A model generated the notes under the pieces. The model was not told the DNA's origin, made no database searches, and saw nothing but the letters and a program-made list of their open reading frames with translations. From contig JAUCBJ010002949.1 in assembly GCA_032718475.1 (NCBI GenBank), forward strand, positions 1 to 64,000: a DNA stretch of 64,000 nucleotides. Direction: 5' to 3'. The stretch comes from Nemertoderma westbladi. Taxonomy: Eukaryota > Animalia > Xenacoelomorpha. Within the stretch, counting starts at the first letter, position 1. Each line of letters opens with the position of its first letter. Made by a program: the position numbers and the translations under genes. Positions 26,541-37,566 of this stretch are shown here, in pieces.

Positions 26541-27594
26541 TTGAAAATAAATTTACGTGCTCTGGTTACTGGGGGAAACAAACATAGTTCTAAAATAAGT
26601 AGTGAATGATATATATATATTTAATTAATTTCACCAAATAGGTATTCGATAATAAATTATGAAAAAATGCACAAGATTATATTATGACTTATTACAATTG
26701 AGTTAAAGGTAAAAAAAATATAATAAAATTAGATTAGATAAAGTTAGATAAGCGCCCATTCGCTGAGAGATTTCGTAATTTTAACGCCGTCCGATGTGGT
26801 AAAATGTTGCTAATTGGTCACAAAGCTGGCACATGCAGTCACTGTTAGGGGCGTGGAAGGTAGATGATGTACAAATCTTATGATGTTAGCCATGCACTGA
26901 GAACCTAATGAAGACGTGTCTGTATCGCTGGATTGGTTCAGTCCATTTCCTGTCCGTAAATGCAATAGAGTTCCCAAAAGCTGCTGGTATTTCCCGTTCT
27001 TTAGAATGCGCTACTTCATTGTATTTCTGAATGCATAGTGAATGATCTAATTCAGTTACAGAAATCTTTATTATTGGTAATATTTCGACCGATATAATAT
27101 ACAGTAATTATACTTACAGGTCTTTGTCAAGCCGGAAGCTACCGGCATAATGCCTAAACATAGAAAACAGTAGACCGACACCAAGAGTATTCCAAAGTCA
27201 GTATCAACATGAGAATTACTTAGACGGAACTATTACACTTTTTAGCAATAATTCGAAACGTGTAAAAATTTGAAAAATATAATATAAAGTATGTCCCCCC
27301 CCCCCCCCCCCTTTCGGAATGCAACAGACCAGACTATTCTACAATAAATTATACTAAAAACTAAATATTGTTATGTTTTGCACCAATTGGAATTAAGTAA
27401 ATAAACAATTAATCAATAAAAGTATAAAAGTAGTATTACCGGTCTATTTTGTAATTTTACCCATCCTAATGTCCCATTTATCCGCTTTATATTCCGCATA
27501 TTTTTTTATTGTTACTTTTCCACTGTAATATAGTCCAAAATCAGGTGATTAGTGTACATCAGAGAAAATTAGTGCTGCGGTCGGCTCTCGAAAT

Positions 27595-28792
27595 CTGTAA
27601 ATAATAACAGAGTAGTAGTACCTGCTCTCTGTAAATAATAACAGAGTAGTACCAGCTCGCTGCTCTTTGTAAATAATAACAGAGTAGTACCTGCTCGCTG
27701 TAAATAATAACAGAGTAGTACCTGCTCTCTGTAAATAATAACAGAGTAGTACCTGCTCGCTGTATATAATAACAGAGTAGTACCAGCTCGCTGCTCTTTG
27801 TAAATAATAACAGAGTAGTACCTGCTCGCTGTAAATAATAACAGAGTAGTACCTGCTCGCTGCTCTCTGTAAATAATAACAGAGTAGTACCTGCTCGCTG
27901 CTCTCTGTAAATAATAACAGAGTAGTACCTGCTCGCTGTAAATAATAACAGAGTAGTACCTGCTCGCTGCTCTCTGTAAATAATAACAGAGTAGTACCTG
28001 CTCGCTGTAAATAATAACAGAGTAGTAGTACCTGCTCTCTGTAAATAATAACAGAGTAGTACCTGCTCGCTGTAAATAATAACAGAGTAGTACCTGCTCG
28101 CTGCTCTCTGTAAATAATAACAGAGTAGTACCTGCTCGCTGCTCTTTGTAAATAATAACAGAGTAGTACCTGCTCGCTGTAAATAATAACAGAGTAGTAC
28201 CTGCTCGCTGTAAATAATAACAGAGTAGTACCTGCTCGCTGTAAATAATAACAGAGTAGTACCTGCTCGCTGTAAATAATAACAGAGTAGTACCTGCTCG
28301 CTGTAAATAATAACAGAGTAGTACCTGCTCGCTGTAAATAATAACAGAGTAGTACCTGCTCGCTGTAAATAATAACAGAGTAGTACCTGCTCGCTGTAAA
28401 TAATAACAGAGTAGTACCTGCTCGCTGTAAATAATAACAGAGTAGTACCTGCTCGCTGTAAATAATAACAGAGTAGTACCTGCTCGCTGTAAATAATAAC
28501 AGAGTAGTACCTGCTCGCTGTAAATAATAACAGAGTAGTACCTGCTCGCTGTAAATAATAACAGAGTAGTACCTGCTCGCTGTAAATAATAACAGAGTAG
28601 TACCTGCTCGCTGTAAATAATAACAGAGTAGTACCTGCTCGCTGTAAATAATAACAGAGTAGTACCTGCTCGCTGTAAATAATAACAGAGTAGTACCTGC
28701 TCGCTGTAAATAATAACAGAGTAGTACCTGCTCGCTGTAAATAATAACAGAGTAGTACCTGCTCGCTGCTCTCTGTAAATAATAACAGAGTA
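27595..28792. repeat. 31-bp minisatellite (with 34- and 38-bp variants) abutting the CRE 5' end
   Basis: Unit gtaaataataacagagtagtacctgctcgct. Confidence 0.97.
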
Positions 28793-28894
28793 CAACTGGA
28801 ACTGTCAGACTGCTTGGCACCACTGATACTGCTATACTGCTAGTTGCGTCCGAACATATTATTGATCCAAGGCATTGACGGCGAATACCACAAT

Positions 28895-31800
28895 ATGTCA
28901 GCCTGCTGCGGCTGCAACGGGAAGTCTGGTCGCTGCAAAAAGTGCAAGTGCATCAAGGAGAAAAGAATATGCATCGACTGTGCCCCAGGGAAGGTCGGTA
29001 GGTGCGAGAACAATGGAGGATCGAGAGCATTGTCGTCGTCTTCCTCATCGCAGCCACTGCCGCATCGACACGGTTATGTTTACTCAACTCCTGTGTTCCT
29101 ATCACAACCTGTTGACGGTTCCGACACAAACGGGTCCAGAGACGACACCTTGGTGGACAGGGATGACACGCTTGTTGGTACATCGCCTCGTTCTTCGGAA
29201 CTACTCGTGCTGAAAGGCCAGCTGGGATCTGCTTCAATAGCGACCTCAGTCGGCGCCACAACATCTGCTACACTAGACTCAGACTCGGTCATTGATGCCA
29301 TCGATCCTGGGTCTCAGTCGGGTCCATTTCAACTTCAGTCTGGTCCACCAAAGTCTCCGTCGGGTCTACTGCAGTCCCATTCCAGTCAACCCCAGTCTCA
29401 GTTGGGTCCACCCCAGTCTCAGTTGGTTCCAACCTTGTCGCAGTTGGGTCCACACCAGTCTCAGTCGGGTCCACCCCAGTCTCAGTCAGGTCCACCCCAG
29501 TCTCAGTTGGGTCCACCCCAGTCTCAGTCGGGTCCACCAAAGTCTCCGTGGGGTCTACCGCAGTCCCATTCCAGTCAACCCCAGTATCATCTGGGTCTAA
29601 ACTTGTCTCAGTCTGGTCCCCCAAAGTCTCCGTCGGGTCTACCGCAGTCTCAGTCGGGTCCACCCCAGTCTCAGTTGGGTCCACCCCAGTCTCAGTTGGG
29701 TCCACCAGAGCCTCCGTCGGGTCCAAACTTGTCTCAGTCGGGTCTACCCCAGTCTCAGTCGGGTCCACCCCAGTCTCATTTGGGTCCACCCCAGTCCCTG
29801 TTGGGTCCACCCCGGTCTCAGTTGGGTCCACCCCAGTCTCAGTCGGGTCCACCAAAGTCTCAGTTGGGTCCACCAAAGTCTCAGTTGGGTCCAAACTTGT
29901 CTCAGTCGGGTCTACCCCAGTCTCAGTCGGGTCCACCCCAGCCTCAGTTGGGTACACCCCAGTCTCAGTTGGATCCACCCCAGTCTCAGTTGGGTCCACC
30001 CCGGTCTCAAATGGGTACACCCCAGTCTCAGTTGGATCCACCCCAGTCTCAGTTGGGTCCACCCCAGCCTCAGTTGGGTACACCCCAGTCTCAGTTGGAT
30101 CCACCCCAGTCTCAGTTGGGTCCACCCCAGTCTCAGTTGGGTCCACCCCAGTTTCAGTCGGGTCCACCAAAGACTCCGTCGGGTCCAAACTTGTCTCAGT
30201 CTGGTCCACCGCAGTCCCATTCAAGTCAACTCCAGTCTCAGTTAGGTCCAACCTTGTCTCAGCTGGGCCCACCCCAGTCTCAGTCGGGTCCACCAAAGTC
30301 TCCATCGGGTCCAAACCTGTCTCAGTCGGGTCTACCCCAGTCTAAGTCGGGTCCACCCCAGTCTCAGTTGGGTCCATCCCAGTTTCAGTTGGATCCACCC
30401 CAGTCTCAGTTGGGTCCACCCCAGTCTCAGTTGGGTCCACCCCAGTCTCAGTCGGGTCCACCAAAGTCTCTGTCAGGTCCACCAAAGTCTCCGTCTGGTC
30501 CACCAAAGTCTCCGTCGGGTCCAAACTTGTCTCAGTCGGGTCCACCACAGTCCCATTCAAGTCAACCCCTGTCTCAGTTAGGTCCAACCTTGTCTCAGCT
30601 GGGTCCACACCAGTCTCAGTCGGGTCCAACCGTGTCTCAGTCGGGTCCTCGCCAGTCTCAGTCGGGTTCAACCCAGTCTCTGTCGGGTCCACACCTGTCT
30701 CTCTCATCTAATGTCATGTGGCTGACCACCTCAGTTTCAAAAGCTCGTTTAGAGGCATCCATCAATGAGGTCTACAATGTGATTGTCCACTGGCGTTCAA
30801 ACCTCTTTCTCGTCCCCCAAGGCGCTATTGGGCGACAATTTGTTGAGGAGATGACTCGTATCCTCGCCCTGGTCACATTGTCCAGCGAACTCCAGGATTG
30901 TGCTCTTACAGCGCTGATGATAATGCCGGCATTGTTATTACAGAAGCCTAGCCGTACTTCAACAACGGCCACCCATCGGCGTATTCTTGAACGACGCCTG
31001 GCCTCATGGAAGGATGCTGAGTTTAAGGATCTGCTGACAGAGGCTCGGGCAATCCAGGTTCACCTTCCGAGACAACGCCGGCAGACATCCGCCACTACAA
31101 AGATGCAGAAGACGTTTGTAAGGCACATGCTGTCTGGAAATGTGTCTGCCGCTATACGAAGTCTCAGTGAGGAAAATCGCGGAACACCACTGAACCTGGA
31201 CGATACCTTTGTAGATAAAGATGGCATTACCAAAGTGGTCCGTGATGTGCTTCGAGACAAGCACCCTGCTGCTAAACCAGCTGATCCATCGATCCTCCTT
31301 TCTGAGTACCCTCGTGCGATGGAATTCCACAGCGTCATATTTGAGCGACTGACAGGACAGCTGATCCATTCCTGTTTACTACGTATGCATGGTAATGGGG
31401 CCGGGCCTTCTGGTTTAGATGTACGGGGGTGGAAACACCTTCTCTCAAAATTCCGAACTCAGTCTGCCGCACTTTGTGAAGGGATTGCAGAGTTGGCCAA
31501 GCTCGTTTCTCAGACAGTCTGCCCTCCTAATATATTATCAGCATTCCTGTCAGCACGACTGATAGCCCTTGACAAAACACCCGGAGTCCGGCCGATTGGG
31601 ATTGGGGAGGTTTTGCGACGTGTAGTGGGAAAGGCTGCAATGGTATGTATCCAGGGTGACCTTCAGGCCGTTGGTGGAAGTGTCCAGATGTGTCTCGGAC
31701 AGAAGGCCGGAATTGAGTATGTAATACATCACTTGAATGATTCTTTTGAGTCAGAAGAATGTGAGGCACTTTTACAGATTGACGCGACGAATGCTTTTAA

Positions 31801-33544
31801 TTCCTTGAATCGTAATGCTGCCATGCACAACATCCAGTATGTATGCCCACCTCTCCACACGATCCTGACAAACACCTACTCCGAATCGGCCAGGCTATTT
31901 GTTGGGGGAGAAACCCTCTATTCAGATGAGGGTTGGGCACAGGGGGATCCCGTGGCAATGCCCGCTTTCGGTGTTGGGCTAATGCCGTTCATCGACGAGT
32001 TAGAAGGGGCATGTAACGTGGATCAAGGGTGGTTTGCCGATGATGGCAATGCAGCTGGCAAGCTTGTTGAGTTAAGGAAGTTTCTCGACTCGGCTATGGA
32101 ACGTGGGCCATTTTATGGCTATTATCCAACGAAGTGCATCCTAACAGTAAAACCAGAGAAGCTAGCTGAAGCGCAACGAATCTTTGAAGGAGTGGAGATA
32201 ACAATTGGTACTGCAGGAAGCAAACTGCTGGGGGGTGTCGTTGGTACGGATGAGTTCCGGGGCCAGTATATTGATGGAAAGGTGGACGAGTTTGTGGAGG
32301 AGGTACATCGGCTAGCCGAAATCACAGCAATAGATCCCCACTGTGCGTATGCCGGCCTAGTATTTGGTCTAGCGTGTCGGTGGAGATTTCTTTCTCGGGT
32401 TGTCCAAGGGGCTATCACCCACTACGACAAGTTGGAGCACTCAATAGAGGAGTTCCTTAGGCGACTCGTGGACCGCCCAGCGATATCACCCACAGAACGC
32501 CTGTTACTGTCATTACCTGTACGTGCGGGTGGATTGGGTATACCAACACCGGATGATCTTGCTCCCCAGTACGCCAATTCTCGACGGGTGTGTCTGCCGT
32601 TTGCTGATCAGAACTTAGAAACAATGGCGGAGGTCCGGGCGGAGCAGCGTTCCATTGTCAGCAAAGTCAAGGTTGAGACCATGGTAGCCTCGAAGAGGAA
32701 AGTGGATATCGTGTCAGTGGAGGTGTCGCCGAGCCAGGGGAAACTGCGTGAGTTAACGGCGGAGAAGGGGGCTTCAACATGGCTTAACAGTAAGCCACTA
32801 ACTCTCCATGATACGCATTTAAATAAAGAAGAGTTTAGGGACGCGGTATGCCTTCGTTATGGGTGGACCCCGAAAAATCTCCCTTCTCGATGTGCTTGTG
32901 GTTCACGATTTTCAGTTACTCATGTTCTGTCGTGTCCCACAGGAGGATTTCCCTCTATTAGGCACAATGAGATTAGAGATTTCATTGCCTCCACTCTCTC
33001 AGAAGTCGCCCATAGTGTAACTGTTGAGCCAATGCTCCAGTCCCTCACTGGTGAGACCTTCGTTCATCGCTCAACATCAACTGACCAGCTGGCCCGTCTA
33101 GATGTATCTGCTTGTGGGTTTTGGGGAAACCGATTTCAAAGAACTTTCATTGATGTGTCGGTCTTCAACCCTCTCGCAGCTTCCTACGTCTCCATGGATT
33201 CGGACGCTGTCTACCGCCACAACGAGAACCGCAAGGTCCTCAAATATGAGGAACGTTTAAGGGAGGTTGAACATTCAACCTTTACTCCCTTCATCCTGTC
33301 GGCTTACGGTGGCATGGGCCCATCGGCGAGCCAGTTCGTGAAGAGGCTGTCGATGAAGTTGTGCGACAAACGAAGCGTGCCGTACTCAGAGTGCGTTGTC
33401 TGGGTGAGGCGCAACCTGAGCTTCGCTCTACTTCGGTCGGCGCTGCTCTGCTTACGTGGGTGCCGCTCTGCAGCCAGGCGGCCAGTCAAAGTGACTTGGG
33501 CTGAGGCAGCCATCGTGATGGCGAATGCGGAGGTGGAACCATAA
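28895..33544 (+). CDS. CRE-like polyprotein: CXC-like Cys motif, Pro/Ser/Gln heptad repeats, RT, zinc knuckle, PD-(D/E)xK restriction-like endonuclease
   Basis: CCGCNGKSGRCKKCKCIKEKRICIDC..CEN; GPSG, VRPIGIGEVLRR, IDATNAFNSLNR, QGDP, WFADD; CACG-x6-HVLSC-GG-RHNEIRD; RLDVSACGFWG...FIDVSVFNP; no stops; first ATG at 28895. Confidence 0.92.
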   Translation: MSACCGCNGKSGRCKKCKCIKEKRICIDCAPGKVGRCENNGGSRALSSSSSSQPLPHRHGYVYSTPVFLSQPVDGSDTNGSRDDTLVDRDDTLVGTSPRSSELLVLKGQLGSASIATSVGATTSATLDSDSVIDAIDPGSQSGPFQLQSGPPKSPSGLLQSHSSQPQSQLGPPQSQLVPTLSQLGPHQSQSGPPQSQSGPPQSQLGPPQSQSGPPKSPWGLPQSHSSQPQYHLGLNLSQSGPPKSPSGLPQSQSGPPQSQLGPPQSQLGPPEPPSGPNLSQSGLPQSQSGPPQSHLGPPQSLLGPPRSQLGPPQSQSGPPKSQLGPPKSQLGPNLSQSGLPQSQSGPPQPQLGTPQSQLDPPQSQLGPPRSQMGTPQSQLDPPQSQLGPPQPQLGTPQSQLDPPQSQLGPPQSQLGPPQFQSGPPKTPSGPNLSQSGPPQSHSSQLQSQLGPTLSQLGPPQSQSGPPKSPSGPNLSQSGLPQSKSGPPQSQLGPSQFQLDPPQSQLGPPQSQLGPPQSQSGPPKSLSGPPKSPSGPPKSPSGPNLSQSGPPQSHSSQPLSQLGPTLSQLGPHQSQSGPTVSQSGPRQSQSGSTQSLSGPHLSLSSNVMWLTTSVSKARLEASINEVYNVIVHWRSNLFLVPQGAIGRQFVEEMTRILALVTLSSELQDCALTALMIMPALLLQKPSRTSTTATHRRILERRLASWKDAEFKDLLTEARAIQVHLPRQRRQTSATTKMQKTFVRHMLSGNVSAAIRSLSEENRGTPLNLDDTFVDKDGITKVVRDVLRDKHPAAKPADPSILLSEYPRAMEFHSVIFERLTGQLIHSCLLRMHGNGAGPSGLDVRGWKHLLSKFRTQSAALCEGIAELAKLVSQTVCPPNILSAFLSARLIALDKTPGVRPIGIGEVLRRVVGKAAMVCIQGDLQAVGGSVQMCLGQKAGIEYVIHHLNDSFESEECEALLQIDATNAFNSLNRNAAMHNIQYVCPPLHTILTNTYSESARLFVGGETLYSDEGWAQGDPVAMPAFGVGLMPFIDELEGACNVDQGWFADDGNAAGKLVELRKFLDSAMERGPFYGYYPTKCILTVKPEKLAEAQRIFEGVEITIGTAGSKLLGGVVGTDEFRGQYIDGKVDEFVEEVHRLAEITAIDPHCAYAGLVFGLACRWRFLSRVVQGAITHYDKLEHSIEEFLRRLVDRPAISPTERLLLSLPVRAGGLGIPTPDDLAPQYANSRRVCLPFADQNLETMAEVRAEQRSIVSKVKVETMVASKRKVDIVSVEVSPSQGKLRELTAEKGASTWLNSKPLTLHDTHLNKEEFRDAVCLRYGWTPKNLPSRCACGSRFSVTHVLSCPTGGFPSIRHNEIRDFIASTLSEVAHSVTVEPMLQSLTGETFVHRSTSTDQLARLDVSACGFWGNRFQRTFIDVSVFNPLAASYVSMDSDAVYRHNENRKVLKYEERLREVEHSTFTPFILSAYGGMGPSASQFVKRLSMKLCDKRSVPYSECVVWVRRNLSFALLRSALLCLRGCRSAARRPVKVTWAEAAIVMANAEVEP
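29311..30700 (+). repeat. Coding 21-bp minisatellite, about 65 heptads GPPQSQ(L/S)
   Basis: Unit gggtccaccccagtctcagtt and variants, in frame within the CRE ORF. Confidence 0.95.
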
Positions 33545-33691
33545 AATATATATATTTAAACTATCTATTAGCAAGTCAGCTGGTGGTGGGTTTATTTTAT
33601 CCGTGTGTATATCGATGTCATGTCCTATTGTTCGTTTGAAAGTTTTTTAACTACTGTAAATAAAATGAGGATTGGTTTCAAAAAAAAAAAA

Positions 33692-35451
33692 AACCTAAAT
33701 ATAGTAAACTAACCTAAATATAGTAAACTTACCTAAATATAGTAAACTAACCTAAATATAGTAAACTAACATAAATATAGTAAACTAACCTAAATATAGT
33801 AAACTAACCTAAATATAGTAAACTAACCTAAATAAAGTAAACTAAGCTAAATATAGTAAACTAACCTAAATATAGTAAACTAACCTAAATATAGTAAACT
33901 TACCTAAATATAGTAAACTAACCTAAATATACTGTAGTAAACTAACCTAAATAAAGTAAACTAACATAAATATAGTAAACTAACCTAAATATTCTAAACT
34001 AACCTAAATATAGTAAACTAACCTAAATATAGTAAACTAACCTAAATATAGTAAACTAACCTAAATATAGTAAACTAACATAAATATAGTAAACTAACCT
34101 AAATATAGTAAACTAACCTAAATATAGTAAACTAACCTAAATATACTGTAGTAAACTAACCTAAATAAAGTAAACTAACATAAATATAGTAAACTAACCT
34201 AAATATTCTAAACTAACCTAAATATAGTAAACTAACCTAAATATAGTAAACTAACCTAAATATAGTAAACTAACATAAATATAGTAAACTAACCTAAATA
34301 TAGTAAACTAACCTAAATATAGTAAACTAACATAAATATAGTAAACTAACCTAAATATTCTAAACTAACCTAAATATAGTAAACTAACCTAAATATAGTA
34401 AACTAACCTAAATATAGTAAACTAACCTAAATATAGTAAACTAACATAAATATAGTAAACTAACCTAAATATAGTAAACTAACCTAAATATAGTAAACTA
34501 ACCTAAATATACTGTAGTAAACTAACCTAAATAAAGTAAACTAACATAAATATAGTAAACTAACCTAAATATTCTAAACTAACCTAAATATAGTAAACTA
34601 ACCTAAATATAGTAAACTAACCTAAATATAGTAAACTAACATAAATATAGTAAACTAACCTAAATATAGTAAACTAACCTAAATATAGTAAACTAACATA
34701 AATATAGTAAACTAACCTAAATATAGTAAACTAACCTAAATATAGTAAACTAACCTAAATAAAGTAAACTAAGCTAAATATAGTAAACTAACCTAAATAT
34801 AGTAAACTAACCTAAATATAGTAAACTTACCTAAATATAGTAAACTAACCTAAATATAGTAAACTAACATAAATATAGTAAACTAACCTAAATATAGTAA
34901 ACTAACCTAAATATAGTAAACTAACCTAAATAAAGTAAACTAAGCTAAATATAGTAAACTAACCTAAATATAGTAAACTAACCTAAATATAGTAAACTTA
35001 CCTAAATATAGTAAACTAACCTAAATATACTGTAGTAAACTAACCTAAATAAAGTAAACTAACATAAATATAGTAAACTAACCTAAATATTCTAAACTAA
35101 CCTAAATATAGTAAACTAACCTAAATATAGTAAACTAACCTAAATAAAGTAAACTAACCTAAATATAGTAAACTAACCTAAATATAGTAAACTAACCTAA
35201 ATATAGTAAACTAACCTAAATATAGTAAACTAACCTAAATATAGTAAACTAACCTAAATATAGTAAACTAACATAAATATAGTAAACTAACCTAAATATA
35301 GTAAACTAACCTAAATATAGTAAACTAACCTAAATATAGTAAACTAACCTAAATATAGTAAACTAACATAAATATAGTAAACTAACCTAAATATAGTAAA
35401 CTAACCTAAATATAGTAAACTTACCTAAATATAGTAAACTAACATAAATAT
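33692..35451. repeat. 19-bp minisatellite, about 92 copies, directly after the CRE poly(A)
   Basis: Unit aacctaaatatagtaaact with recurring variant blocks. Confidence 0.97.
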
Positions 35452-35585
35452 ATTAATATACTATAAGTAATTTAGTTTAATAACGTTTATTAAAAATAAC
35501 AGTGATTTAACAAAAGCGCACAGTCTAAATTATTTAATAAGGATTTCTTATTTATAGTTTATCAACTTGCTAAATATCTATCTAC

Positions 35586-36863
35586 CTACAGTTTAAGCTT
35601 CATCTCAATCTTGTCTATAGGCACAGCGCTGTTGGGGTTGGTAAAAGTCTTCCAATATGGTCCTTCAGGATCCATCGCCCCATAGACCCCATTTAGATTA
35701 GAAGCGCTACACAAGCGATACCACCACGCCCCCTTGCGACTATTAGCGCAACCCAGACCATCTGACTTTCTGTTCTCATCGTGGTCACTGGTAGCAAATG
35801 GGTATCCATCCAAGTGCAATACATTAGTGGCATCTCCAAACAATATAGAATCCCCAGCTGTACCACTATACCCGGAAATCTTTAGCTTATAGTTCACAGA
35901 AGCGTCTCCGAGTTGGAAGTTCTCATATTCCGCATATTTATGGATTCCATTAAACCAAAGATCAACCCTCAGTTTGACTCTTTCTTTGGATAATTCGTAT
36001 ATGTTCTGTAACCCCAACCAGAATTCATGATTAACATCACCGAACCCCGCCACGTATGCCTCCCAACCTCTATAGAAGTGTGTTGATCCATCAACTCTTC
36101 TTTGAATCACTAACCATGGCCCATCAGGCACCATGGTGTCACAACGAATCCAGCCATGTAGTCCATTGATGTTACAATTGTAGATAACTGTATCGTTTGT
36201 TTGCATATTTGGACAGGAAAATTTGTTGTTTATTAAATCTAACAGCATCGTATTCAGATGTTTATATTTGTTTTCGATCGCCATCAACTGTTTTATACCT
36301 CCGTTTATATTTTTTTCCAACTCAAGTCTTTGATCATTAATTTCCTTTACAAATTTATCATGCCTATCGTATACTATGTTAGCAAACTCGTTTATCTTAT
36401 TTAATTTCATTTCCAAATTTTGTGTCTCATCATGCAACATCTTTACCATCTTTTGTTTTTCATCGATTAGTTGAGTACCAAACATGCCGATTTTACTTTT
36501 CAACATGCTACTTTTATATGTTAGTTTATAGTCTGCCTCTTTTATTTTAGCATCTAATATCTCTAGATATTTATTCATCTTATTTTGATGCTTGATGGTT
36601 ATCACACAAACGGTTGCCAATGCAACCGCCAATAGAAACATAGCTAAAAGCCCAACAATGAACCATCGCTTCTTTGTAGTCAGCCTTTTCCTCTCTTTCA
36701 CTTTCTCATTACTAACTTCTGTAACTTTCATTATAATTGGTTCTAAACGTTTATGAGGTATTCCTTGTTCTTCTTGCGAATACACATTCGGCTCAGCCAG
36801 TGGTATTTCATTGGCCACCATATAAGAACCATTCCTAGAACCCCCAGTTTCTCGACCTGCCAT
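35586..36863 (-). CDS. Type II transmembrane fibrinogen-related protein (FReP; FIBCD1/angiopoietin-like architecture), single exon
   Basis: Basic KKR then TM (WFIVGLLAMFLLAVALATVCVITI), coiled coil, FBG domain (WLVIQRRVDGS, GFGD..EFWLG, YSGTAGDS, GAWWY..C..SNLNG); AATAAA on the - strand near 35487-35492. Confidence 0.92.
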   Translation of the reverse strand: MAGRETGGSRNGSYMVANEIPLAEPNVYSQEEQGIPHKRLEPIIMKVTEVSNEKVKERKRLTTKKRWFIVGLLAMFLLAVALATVCVITIKHQNKMNKYLEILDAKIKEADYKLTYKSSMLKSKIGMFGTQLIDEKQKMVKMLHDETQNLEMKLNKINEFANIVYDRHDKFVKEINDQRLELEKNINGGIKQLMAIENKYKHLNTMLLDLINNKFSCPNMQTNDTVIYNCNINGLHGWIRCDTMVPDGPWLVIQRRVDGSTHFYRGWEAYVAGFGDVNHEFWLGLQNIYELSKERVKLRVDLWFNGIHKYAEYENFQLGDASVNYKLKISGYSGTAGDSILFGDATNVLHLDGYPFATSDHDENRKSDGLGCANSRKGAWWYRLCSASNLNGVYGAMDPEGPYWKTFTNPNSAVPIDKIEMKLKL

Positions 36864-37566
36864 GCTATTCAAGAGTTTTACAAAAATTATAGAAATATAT
36901 ATAAACCAGCTGTAGTAGGTCTATTTTAAATCACAATTACAACATGACTATTTCATACATTTATTTGATGATATTATTTTATCTAAAATAATACTTAAGA
37001 GATGAGGAAAGATGCCGAAAGACCCATGCAACCTCGCCCCCTAATTGATTATTTTAGAATGTTATTTGGTTTGGGCTGGGGCTGCATAATAATGCATCAA
37101 AATTATCATAATTTAGGTATATTGCTGCTGCACCTCAAACTTTAGGCAGCAAGTTGTCATCATATAATTCAGATTTTCTATTTTTCAGTATTCAAATTTT
37201 GCATTAATAATTAATTCATGAGCAAGTTATGCAACTACAGCTATTCAGATGTGAGTACAGCAGATAAATTCGGGTATTCATGCTTTCATAAATTGTAGGT
37301 ATTAATTAGGATGAGTTCTCCCCTATACTATAATATATTTGTTGATATGTTTCAGATAGAGGGTGCATTTCACATCCAATATTGGATGGTCTGTAATTTT
37401 AAGATTGATAATATTCTGATTCGATATTCAGGATTGCATATCGGCTTGTGTAGGATAGGTTTTATGTTGGCATAGTGCAGTATATGGATGTCTGATTATA
37501 GTAAAAGATGCTATATGGAATTTCATTATGTGAATGGGAACATATTTTGTCATATTAAATAAAGCC

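Larger units (their letters stand above)
28793..33693 (+). mobile_element. CRE-clade (RLE-type) non-LTR retrotransposon, apparently full length
   Basis: Single long RT-ZnF-RLE ORF, short 3' UTR with AATAAA at 33659-33664, poly(A) at 33680-33693; 5' boundary uncertain, no TSD found. Confidence 0.85.

Noticed and set aside
27523-27534. Possible CRE TSD (ctgtaatatagt versus cctaaatatagt) that would place the 31-bp array inside the element
   Set aside because: Only 8 contiguous AT-rich matches, compatible with chance
27549-28823. 424-aa and 408-aa minus-strand ORFs
   Set aside because: Products of a stop-free 31-bp repeat
29289-30707. Antisense TETGVDP and alternative-frame GSTPVSV ORFs
   Set aside because: Shadows of the 21-bp repeat; they do not extend meaningfully beyond it
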